Assembly (NCBI GenBank): GCA_050084515.1
Contig: CM114271.1
Span: 1,612,001-1,676,000, forward strand
DNA: 64,000 nt
Reading direction: 5' to 3'
Source of the DNA: Blasia pusilla
Taxonomy: Eukaryota
Of the stretch, positions 1 through 10,125 are shown one piece after another. Position numbers and translations under genes: made by a program. Each line of letters starts with the position of its first letter. Positions within the stretch are counted from its first letter, which is position 1. The notes under the pieces were generated by a model. The model was not told the origin of the DNA. It made no database searches and was given only the letters and a program-made list of their open reading frames with translations.

Positions 1-1948
1 GGCTAAATCTATGAGTCCATGGATGGGAAGAGTACGTATTCAATTTTTTGACACTGGTCAGAGCTTGAGTGAGGAGTCAGAGGCATCTACCTGTAAACAA
101 CAACTTCGTAGATCAAGTAGAGTTACACATCCAGTTCATAAATTCATAAATGAAGATTTTCTTGCGAAACATCATACATATATGATCACTATCCTTCAAG
201 AACAGGAGCCGAGTTTTTTTCAAGAAGCTGCAAGTAAAGTCGAATGGATTGAAGCTATGGAGAAAGAGCTTGTTGCATCAAGATATCAACAGACATGGAA
301 GCTGATTGATATACCTTTCGATAAGGAAGCTATTGGTTGCAAATGGGTTAACAAAATCAAGCACAATCAAGATGGTACAATTAACAGATACAAATCGAGA
401 TTGGTGGCTAAAGGCTATGCACAACAATATGACATCGATTATGAGGAAATATTTAGCCCTGTTGCAAAGATGGCGACTACGAGAACAGTGGTTGTAGTTG
501 AAGTAAGTAAGAAGTGGAGATTACATCACATGGATGTCAAGAATGCTTTCTTGAATGGAGATCTATACGAGGAGTTAGAACCACCTAGATACAAGCATAC
601 CAAGTTTCCATTTCACGTATGCAAGTTGAAGAAAGCTCTATACGGGCTCAAACAAGCTCCAAGAGCTTGGTATGGCAAGATTACATACGTCCTACAAGAG
701 TTGGGTTTTAGGGTATGTGATTCTGACTCCTCGTTATATGTCTTGAGAGGACAAGATCATACGACTCTCATTGTGTTGTATGTTGATGATCTTCTGATTA
801 TTGGGAGTACCGAAGAAATGGTATAACAAGTCAAGCTTAAGTTACAAGCAGAATTTGATATGAAGGATTGGGAGAACTCAAGCACTCCCTTGGTATTGAG
901 TTTATCAAGGTTGGAGAGAGCATGTGTTTATTACAATGACAATATGCTCTTCATATGCTTTCAAAATATGATATGACGGCTTATAAGCCAATCTCTACAC
1001 CGTTGGATCAGAATGTGAAGCTAAGAGTGAATGAAGGAAAGTTGCTTACAGATTCTAATATGTACAGGCGCATGGTTGGAAGTTTGATCTATCTAACTAT
1101 AACCAGACTAGATTTGAGCTATGCTCTTGGCATAGTGAGCCAATTTATGCAAGCATCTGGAAAACCTCACCTTAATGCTATGAGGAGGATTATGCGGCAT
1201 GTGCAATTCTCTATTCAATTCGGGCTTCAATTTGAACCTTCTCCGAGTTTTCAATTACAGGGATTCACAAATGTTGATTGGGCAGGAAGCGTGTCTGATC
1301 AACACTCCACATCTGGTTATTCATTTACTTTGGGAAGCGCAACTATAAGTTGGGCTTCAAAGAAGCAACCTATCGTTGTTTTATCTTCAATAGAGGCTAA
1401 GTACAGAGGAGCAACCAATGCAGCATGTGAGGCAGTGTGGCTTCATCGATTACTTGTTGAGATTGATGTTAGTAGCTTAGGACCTAGTATAATATATGCA
1501 GACAATATTAATAGCATCAAGCTTGCTAATAATCCTGTGCTTCATGCTTGTACAAAGCATGTTGAGGTGCACTATCATTTTATCAGAGAGAAAGTGCTTG
1601 CAGGAGAAATAGATCTTATGTACATAGTACATATCAGCAAATTGATGACATCTTTACAAATGCATTGTCTAGAGATAAGTTTCAGATGTTTAGAAATGAT
1701 TTAGGCGTTAGAGATATCGATATGAGCTTGAGGGGGAGTATTGAAGATTGAGTTACAATCAAGCTCATGAGACACTAGAACTACTACATTTGGTACTCAT
1801 ACAAAGTAGGGAAGCTTAATCTTGGCTAGTCAGTTAAGAGCGATTATCTTAACTAAGGTTAGTTAATCATAGTTAGTCTAACTCGAGACTATGGTTAAGG
1901 TTAGGGTTGCTTGTATATACCCTTGTAAATAAAATTGGGTTGTGTTCA
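1..1948 (+). mobile_element. Ty1/copia LTR retrotransposon, 3' part (RT, RNase H, PPT, start of 3' LTR), degenerate
   Basis: ORF 11-826 has copia RT motifs (RYKSRLVAKGYAQ, MDVKNAFLNG, LKKALYGLKQAPRAW, LYVDD). ORF 955-1704 has RNase H (DWAG, KHVEVHYHFIRE). Stop and frameshift at ~826-940. PPT GAGGGGGAG at 1730-1738 is followed by TATTGAAG (decayed TGTTG LTR start) at 1739. Confidence 0.93.
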
Positions 1949-2128
1949 TCTATATTACTAAAAGAGGACCGGGTTTGGAAAACCCCTCCTCTTGTGTCGA
2001 CATGTGTTCATTTTGGCTTCATGTGGTGATGACACGTGTAATACAAGAATTAACTAAACATAACAGTGCGTGCCCGCCCTTTCCTCACGGGTGATTTTCA
2101 TCCGTGCAGGGCACAAGCATTATACTAG
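1949..2128 (+). mobile_element. Non-autonomous Helitron (~180 bp)
   Basis: Inserted between A(1948) and T(2129). 5' TCTATATTACTAAAAG, 3' TATACTAG, subterminal hairpin CACGGGTGA-TTT-TCATCCGTG, no TSD. Confidence 0.75.
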
Positions 2129-2402
2129 TGTGGATTTAATGCCCTCCTTTCTTTAGTGACTTCCATTCCATTTAATATTCTTATTCTTTCCCTATTCTTC
2201 TCTTCCATTGTATTTCTGTACGTTAATTTTTCTCATATTTTTGTTTCTCTCAAATAAGTTTTTCACCTTTTCCTTCATCCATCCTCATTCATGGATTAAT
2301 ATCTAACAAAATTAAAATTTTCAAAGAGAAAAAAATAAAACTTAAGAAAAAAACTTCCAAAAAACATGGACCTTCATCTTTATTATAGTGAGCGACCATA
2401 TG

Positions 2403-2942
2403 TGTCACGTCCTTTAGGATAGATCGGTGAGATCTAGTAGAGCGTCTTCGAGAGTAGTGGAGGACAGGCCTAGGAGGTCGAGGATGACCTGCTGAGTCCC
2501 CGGGAAACCTGAAAGAGCAGGTTTCCCCTTCGTTTTGGCTCATTTGGAGCCATATTGAGGAACTTACTATTTTAGGTAAGTACCATTTTTAATATATGAT
2601 CAACTTTCTATTTTTGGTAATTGGCCCTTGACCTCTTACATCAGGTCAAGAGCCAAGGAGGTGACTTGGGAGAATAGGTTACCATGGAGAGAGCTTGGGA
2701 GAAGGGAGGGGTATATATCCAAAGGAGAGAGAGCTTGAGAGCTCATTCTCTCTTTGTTGAACCTCTTGGCATGAGGCGGCGGAGCTATGGTCCCTTGCCT
2801 TGTGAGTGTAATCCAAGCCTCTCATTAGGAGAGTGGGTTTGGTTTGACATGAGAGAGAGTGCACACCTTTGAGAGCTATGGTGTGAGATTGTGTAGAGAG
2901 AGATTGGATCTTACTTTACAAAGAGAGAATGAGAGAGTGACA
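2403..2942 (+). repeat. 5' LTR of the DNMT-carrying retrotransposon (tail and PBS partly deleted)
   Basis: Begins TGTCAC, TATA-like GTATATAT at ~2711, followed by CAGAGC (possible PBS-Met remnant). Similar to the reverse complements of 45100-45270 and 49030-49317. Confidence 0.65.
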
Positions 2943-3479
2943 GAGCTTCATGGAGGAGTTCGCTGGTCACTTGCTGTTTTTGGAGGTTGGGGACCGTGTT
3001 CCTCATTCAACGGCTCATGGGAATGCTCATCGGAGCAAGGGTTGCTTGGATTGTTCTTTGCATTTGCCGATTTTTTTAGGGAAGAGTGGAAAGAGTGGCG
3101 TGAAGCGCTGCCCAATTTTTGATAGGGATTGAGTATGGGGGTGGGTCGCCCCATGCCGGTGCTTTCGGGAGCACCATGTCGCTTGCTGATTTGCATTTTT
3201 GCAGGTTTTACATTTTTGTTGAGAGGAATCAGCACGTAAGCGCTGCCGAATTTTGTGTAGGAGAAAGAGACATTGGGCTTTACGACAATCCCCTTCAGTT
3301 TTTACTGGAATGTTGGATTCTAAATATTTTTTGATACTAGCGTAGATCATCAAGCTGTGCACGCTGTACAACAAACAATGCGCAATTTGGAGTTGCGAGC
3401 AAAAAGTTATGGTCAATCTTGCAAAATTGCCATTGCTAGGCGATTTTTAGGGTTAAATTGTGCAAACCCTAAACTAGCC

Positions 3480-3645
3480 GCCACACCAGCGGCGACCGTC
3501 GCCGTCATATTCACCGTCAACCTTCAACGGAAAAAATAATCTTCGACGGTCAAATATCACCGTCAACGGTCAACCGTCACCAGCGACGGTCAACCATCAC
3601 CGTCACCATCAACGGTCAACCATCACCATCAATGGTCCACCGTCC
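3480..3645. repeat. Degenerate short tandem repeats (CACCGTCAACGGTCAAC-like) in the element's 5' leader
   Basis: Repeated CACCGTCA / ACGGTCAAC units visible at 3511-3640. Confidence 0.6.
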
Positions 3646-5000
3646 GTTGTCCACCCTTTGGTTGCCATTGCCGCCGTTACGGAGTGGAGGGTCTTCCACA
3701 ACGTTCGTTGATTCTCGGACTTGCGTCGCCATCACGTACTTTGTTTTGGCCGCCACTGTCATCAACCTGTGATGGCATATGACCTCCTGTTATAGTGTTT
3801 GAGTTTTGATTTTATGTTGCTATGTTGTGATTGGTAGTCGCTCAACGACGATCGAGTACCGTGTTGTGACGCCGTAGCCGCAACGCACCACCGATTGCCG
3901 TGCCGTGCCGCTCGTGGCCGCACCGCAGCGTCTCGATCGCGGAGCCGCTCTGTCATTGTGGAGCATAGTGTGGGTTTATTGTTGATTGAGGAGGGTATGC
4001 CTCCGAGTGCCGGATCCCATCATCGAGGGCCGTGCCATTCGTAGCCGTTCCGAGCCACCTGCAACGCGTTGCACCGTTCCGCTAGAACCGCACCGTCTAT
4101 CGAGGAGTTTTGAGCAACGTCAGTATGGGAGGAGTATGACTTGCTGATTGGAGGAGTTGTCTCCACGACCGAGTTGGGGTCGAGATTTGCAGTTGTTGAG
4201 GAGCGACATTGACATGTGTTCAGGTTACCCATTCTGGTCCTTTACCTTGCACGTGTGAGGGATTCTGGGATTTGGGTAGTTTATTTGGGGATATTGGGTG
4301 TGTGGATACTGAGAGCATCATTTATGTATGTGGTTTAGGGGACATAGACCTGTGTGGGATGTCTGGAGTTGAGGGTAGGTTATCGATGAAATGATAGCCT
4401 GGTCGATTTGCCCCACCACGCCGCCGCTTATTGCTGCACGTTACATGTCTCGGGGAGGGAGAGTGTAGATCGAGTGCCGCATGTTTGGGATGAGTGATTG
4501 AGGGATTACTTGCGAGGCAAGAGTGATCGGGTGAGAAGGGGACGAGGGTCATCACGATGTCCGTTCGGGACTTTGAGGGCGAGGTGATGAACCCGAGAGT
4601 AGCTCTAGAGGTTTTACACAGAGTGGCGCGAGGTTCCGAGGGTCTCCACGTGAGGGACCACCTCGACCTCCTTCTGTGTCATCGTGAGACAAGGGGGAGG
4701 GTGTAGAGGAGGGTCCTGGACCGGATCCTGCGGACACGGGTGCGGGAGGGGGTGCTTCTTATGAACACCTCCCCTACGTTGAGAGATGTTTTTAGGACCG
4801 CCGAGAACATTTAGTGCAACATGGCGGAGGAGAGCGTAGCCACCATGGGTTCTGGGCAAGAGCAATCACCATTTTCTGCACCACCTGTGCAGCAACGTGG
4901 ACTCCGGGATAGGGTGATTGTGGCACCACGAGCTCAGGGAGGATATCGGGAGGCCGTGCCACAGAGACCTGCGCCTTCATATGCGGCTTAGCAGCAGTCA

Positions 5001-5190
5001 CCTAATATTACTTGTTGGTCATGTGGTGGAGCCCATCATCAACGAGATTGCACTCGTTAGGATCATGGACGTGTGCCTCAACATGGAGGAGGAGATGGTG
5101 CTGCACCAGGAGGTTATCAATGTGACTATTGTCAGAGGTATGGTCATACACGCGCCAAGTGTTTCAGTTTATATCTTGAGTTACGTCCGG
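5001..5190 (+). pseudogene. Retrotransposon gag nucleocapsid region, two zinc knuckles
   Basis: Same frame: CWSCGGAHHQRDC (5013-5051) and CDYCQRYGHTRAKC (5121-5162, CX2CX4HX4C). Confidence 0.8.
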
Positions 5191-6001
5191 ATTGAGGGCC
5201 GGAGAGGGCACTAGAGCGAGTAGCCGGTCTAGGTGGGCCTAGAGATCGTGCTGGAGTTGCCCGACAGGGTGGTGGAGCTACCTATGGAGGAGGTAGAGTA
5301 CCACCACCTAGACGCGCCGAGGGAGACGCCGGACGTGAGGCTGGGATGGCTGCTCAAATACAGCAGCTAAAGGAGCAGATTGCTGCTATGGCATTGAGGT
5401 TACCCGATGGCGGATCCATGGTATGGACATCATATGGAGCAGCCAAGATGTGGAGGATCCTGGTTGGATGTGCGGGGTTGCCCAGATGGAGGTCGCCACA
5501 GTTGTGACGCGTGGAGCAGTCGCAGAGTTGGATCCACAGCGAGGGGAAGCCATAAAATAGACTAGGCTTCCTCAGTCTTTCACGTTGTCCGAAGCGATGA
5601 GGACCCCATCGATGGGTCCTCATCAAAGTTCCTTGAGAGTTGGTGATGTTGTTGGTGTGCAGGCACGGAGGGCGATGGGAGAAACGAGTCCAAGACTCCT
5701 ATTGTTGATGCTCAGGAGGGGCATGTGTCGAGCACGTTGTTGGGGGCCGCCACCGTTGTGTACCGCACTCCTTTATTTTCTGCTTTCCATGTTATGACGT
5801 TGGGGGGTACGCCCGCCGAGGCTTTTCGGCTGGCCGCTTCGCTATGTGAGCGCGGAGTTGGAGTTCCTGCATCACGTTCAAAGGTGATTGCAGAGGAGGT
5901 GATGGACCTGCCCTTGGAGCGGATGCTCGGACCGTCCACGCTAGATTCATGGTAGGCTGCGGCTGCTAGGATGGCGGAGATGACCCGCGATAGAGCGTGC
6001 C

Positions 6002-6484
6002 ATGGCTTCTCCTGGTGTTGTGTTGCTGGATAACCGAGGAGAGGTCTTCCAGTTGGTGAGTCCTGAAGGTAGAGCTTTTAGTCCGCAGCGCGTCTTTTTG
6101 GATTCAGGAGCGCAACCCCTGATGTTGGGGAAAGCGTCATTTAGAGGATTGGGCTTGACGAGAGCCGATGTGGAGCGTTGTCCATTCCGGATATAGACAT
6201 CCTTGGGTGGAGCGAGTACCACACAGTATATCACCCGACAGGAGGTCGTGGTGAGGATTCGCCCGGGATATCTTACAAATGAGTCCGTGGTGAGCGCCAA
6301 GGCAATAGTGACTGATGCAGAGTCCTATGACGTCTTGGTTGGTGGAGTAGTGTTATACCCCATGGGGTTTTCCTTGGATTACTGGGAGTCAGCGTCCTAC
6401 AGACCAAGATGGCAGTTAGGTGATGGGCGCCTTAGCTCATTACCCGTTCGATTCACAAGTGCAGTGATCGAGCAACGGCCATGA
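6002..6484 (+). pseudogene. Retropepsin-like aspartic protease of the retrotransposon
   Basis: VFLDSGAQPLMLG (DSG at 6101-6109) and downstream YDVLVG. In-frame stop at 6194-6196. Confidence 0.8.
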
Positions 6485-6799
6485 GAGATGGTGACCTTAG
6501 CAGCATTTAGCAGTGCCATCACTTGGCCTAGTAATTTGATTGAGGGATATGTCCATGTAGAGGATACTCCCATTCCTGACATTTCTATGGAGAGGAGTGT
6601 TATGGTAGCTACATCATTCCGTGGAGGAGAGGTGCCGTTGTGGGGCTTGATAGAGGAGCTTCGACGATTGGCAGATGAGCACGTGCAGACCGCGTGGAGC
6701 GAGGCGTTTGCACTAGAGCGTGATGGGTCTGAGGAACCCGAGGAAGCAGGGAGTGCTACGATGACGCCCTTGGATACCACATCCACTGTGTGGTGTATC

Positions 6800-7175
6800 C
6801 CGGAGGAGGGTATTCGAGTGTTAGATCTCTTTGGAGGGATTAGCACCGGGTTAGTTGTTGTTTTGCAGGCATGAGTGCGAGTACATCAGTACCTGTATGT
6901 GGAGAGTGATGATGTTGCGAGGCGCGTCTCACTACGACATGTGGCGCACTTACGCCTACGTTTTCCCGACTTATTATCTGCGTCCGCGGTACAGGGATAC
7001 CAAAGTTCCCTACGAAGGGATATTTCGTTGTTGGGGGCGCAAGACTTAGAGCAGGTAGGGACCATTAATTTGGTCATTTCCGGTTGGCAATGTGAGGGCC
7101 AATCGAGTGCTGGACGAGGTAGCGGGTTGGCTGACACTCGGTCCAGATTGTTTTGGGAGATGTTGAGGATCTTAC
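6800..7175 (+). pseudogene. C5 cytosine-specific DNA methyltransferase domain, N-terminal half (motifs I-IV), truncated
   Basis: IRVLDLFGGISTG (motif I), YLYVE (motif II), DI (motif III), INLVISGWQCEGQSSAGRGSGLADTRSRLFWEMLRIL (motif IV, Cys at 7091-7093, P>Q; then the G..D.RS.LF element). Same frame as the protease, one stop at 6872-6874. No ENV motif VI because of the deletion. Confidence 0.85.
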
Positions 7176-8295
7176 TTTACAAAGTTGGATATTTTGGTAC
7201 TTCTTGTCTCGTTGTTTGGATGCCATGAGTTAGCATGGGATCGTGCGTGTTTGTGTGTGTGTTTGGTGACAGCGATATATGTTGTGTAGCGATGTGTATA
7301 CGCACGACATATATGTACAATAGGACAAAATAGTGGGATAGTAAGAAAAAATGGTAATATGTTTGAATTTCGTTCCTTGATTTACATTAGATGGTTAGGG
7401 AATATGAATGTTAGTGGAAAGGGAAAATATTTTTATTGAACGAAAAATTAATTAACATTAACTAATAATTTAGTTAGTGGATTCTATTTTTGGGGGAAGA
7501 ATGGTAGGAAAAGAATAAGTATTGTTGAAACTTTTATGGTAGAATGGAATTATTTAGAGGACTCTGGTATTATTTAAATTTAAATTTAAATTTATAATTA
7601 TTATTCTTTTTTATGTTTGAATATTTCATAAAATAGAAATTATTTTTAAAATTTAAATTAAAAATATCTCTAAATTACTAAAAAATAATTTGTACGGTAC
7701 GCTAACTAGTATTTGTTAATAATAATCGAACAATAAAAAGATTTGCATTATTGAGTATCGGGGAGATCCGGGGTCGGTTTCGTCTCACACTGGTCGGACA
7801 AGACTTTGTATAATAGGGTATCTGAAAATCTGGTCTTACCCTTACCGGCTAGGAAATACCGGTCCCGGTGGAAAACCTCCCGGAGCCTGGAATGGAAACT
7901 CGCATGCATTGGGTCCCGCATACGAGGAAAGCGTGGACTACGTATATAGCTAGCTAATGGACGCTAGACTCGGGAAATCGCATGTATAGGGTCCCGCACT
8001 TGAGGGAAGGGTCGGACTCAGTGTCCCACTGCGAGAAGGACCAGTGCGAGAAGGACAAGTGTACAACTCAGAGTGGGAGACCAGGAGAATTAAGTGGCAT
8101 ACGAATCTTATTCCCGGAAAAGCGGAGGCAGTGAGAGGAAGCTCTCTCTGGTTGCGAGTCGCGCGGGCGGCGAACGGAAGGAAGGACAGAAGGACAGACG
8201 GACGGAACGCGTAGGAGAGGACCGAAGGACCGTCAAGTTTCCGAAGGACGGAAGAACGGGAGTTCCAAAGAGCCGTCCAGTTTTCCATTCGAGTC

Positions 8296-8478
8296 GCTAC
8301 GGACATCCACGAGAGGGAGGGAGGACCGCGCGTATCCCACCGAAGCAGTCCGGTTTCCCATCCGCGTTCCCGCAGTCTGTTGAGTTGCTACGGACATCCA
8401 CGACTCCCCGAGAGGGGGGGAGGACCGTGCGTCTCCCACCGAAGCAGTCCGGTTCTCCATTCGCGTTCCCGCATTCCG
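8296..8478. repeat. Direct tandem duplication (~85-90 bp, 2 copies)
   Basis: GCTACGGACATCCACGA...CCCACCGAAGCAGTCCGGTT...CGCGTTCCCGCA occurs twice. Confidence 0.8.
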
Positions 8479-8535
8479 TTCTTTGCTACCGACATCGACG
8501 AGAAGGAGATGTAGTGGGTACATCCCATTGCTAAA

Positions 8536-8578
8536 GAAAGGAAGGAAGGAAGGAAGGAAGGAAGAAAGGAAGGAAGGA
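8536..8578. repeat. (GGAA)n microsatellite
   Basis: Direct reading of the sequence. Confidence 0.9.
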
Positions 8579-10125
8579 CCGACGGACTACGTGAGCTGTC
8601 CAGTTTCACTCGGCTCCTCGCACTCGCTTCAAAATTTACCGGTACCCGCGCTCACCACAGAATTGCGTATCTGGATGAGCTGAAGCTCCAGGAATGCAAA
8701 CGAACGCACACTAGTGGTGAGTTTCCCTTTCATCATCAGCTTCTTCTGATGCTCAAAGAGCGCTTGAATTTGGAACGAGCTCACTTTTTGCACTGGAACT
8801 GCTGATAATCTTCGCAGGTCCAAGTCCAGTGTATTGATGGGCCGATTCTTGCAGATAATCTGGACCAGTCGGCTCACCAGAGCCTGTCGGTAGCTTGGAA
8901 CAGTCCATTTTCTAGAAAGAGTGAGATGGTGTGATTGCCTTATTTACGTTCATCCGGTTCCGCTCTTCTGCCGGATTCTACAGGTTGTCTTTTGAATTAG
9001 CTATCGATTTCACTCTGGATCTGCGCATGTCAATGTCGGAAATGGTTGGGTGGATCTGAACCATGAACTAGACCATTAAGGGTGGGTAAGATGTTACCTT
9101 CTCCTCTCTCTCGAGTCCAGCACCAGCCACGCCAAGAAGTTCTGATATGAAATGTTGGGTGCGTTTGAATTTAGTGGAGACTTGAAGATGCTATTGCTTA
9201 ACTGGAGAACTGAGGCAAATTATGAGAAAGCCAAAATGAAGAATCGTACATAGCCTTATCCAGAATTATTCTTTCAACAGGAAGATCCAGCTTCTCGTTT
9301 CAGTCAAGAACTTATGTTTGGATCATAAGAGACAGGGAAAGTGGAATAAACTTGCAGATAAGCTAAGGCCTTACAGTTCGTTGATGGGTTCATCGACATC
9401 TTGAGGACTTTTTCGTGAATGCGAAAGCTGTTCTGTCCAGAGTGGCTGACGTGGTTGTGCGATCTCTCGTTTTCTTCCACCCACATTTGACGACTTGATT
9501 TTGAATCCAGACCTCACACATCCACCTACATTTGACGCATTGGTTTATCCAAGTGTTGAGAACTTGAGTGATTATGAATCCAGACATGATACACTCTCCA
9601 GAGTGGGGTGCCACAGTCGGTCGGTCGGTCGGGCGGTCTTGCGTTTTTCTGGTGTAATTGCAACCACATTTGAAATTGCGATGACGATGTAGACGCAAAA
9701 CCGATCTCATGACGACGCTTCAAGTAATGGAAGTAGTTTTTGTACCAAATCTCTGACGGCAGATAAAAGCCACCTCAAGAGTGCTGCTGCTGCAACTGAA
9801 TTTGTCGACGCTTGTGGTTCCAGTCCATGGTGAACTCGCTTCGAACTGTTCAATGACAGAGTAACCTTTGCGCAGCGCCTGTAAGGAAATCTCAAGCGCC
9901 CGAAGTTCTAAACGGCGATGCCTTGATATGGGACAGCAGAAGTCGGGCGAGAGATTGTACATAGATGCAATCCTGCAGTTTGCGATTCTGGCTATAGACT
10001 GTCTCTGCGTTAATCTACTTTCAGTTCCTATAACCTCCTTTCCGGCATCATTTTGCTTTCTTGATGAGACTCCCCAATCCTTCTTTTATCATGGATGCTT
10101 TTAATATGAAATATCTTGAGGATTG

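Larger units (their letters stand above)
2403..7309 (+). mobile_element. Decayed Ty3/gypsy-like LTR retrotransposon carrying a C5 cytosine DNA methyltransferase domain (gag-protease-DNMT; rest of pol deleted)
   Basis: 5' LTR ~2403-2942 starts TGTCAC. Gag CCHC knuckles at 5013-5051 and 5121-5162. Protease LDSGA at 6098-6112. MTase motif I VLDLFGGI from 6818 and motif IV GWQCEG at 7082-7099. The 3' LTR tail 7167-7309 shares GGATCTTACTTTACAAAG with 2906-2923 and ends CACGACA. Flanks CATATG/TATATG are a candidate TSD. Confidence 0.8.

Noticed and set aside
6488-7228. Host DNMT3/DRM gene or bacterial restriction-modification methylase
   Set aside because: It is intronless, in frame with a retropepsin, preceded by gag knuckles and bounded by LTR-like ends. 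No endonuclease or bacterial context is present.
7266-7271. GTGACA as the 3' end of the DNMT element
   Set aside because: The related LTR at 44942 shows homology continuing to CACGACA at 7309.
7950-8683. Overlapping ORFs up to 146 aa
   Set aside because: They arise from a GC-rich duplication and a GGAA microsatellite. No protein family is evident.
8629-10104. Possible minus-strand gene divergent from PGLP paralogue 1
   Set aside because: Only short ORFs with no recognisable domain or supported splice structure.
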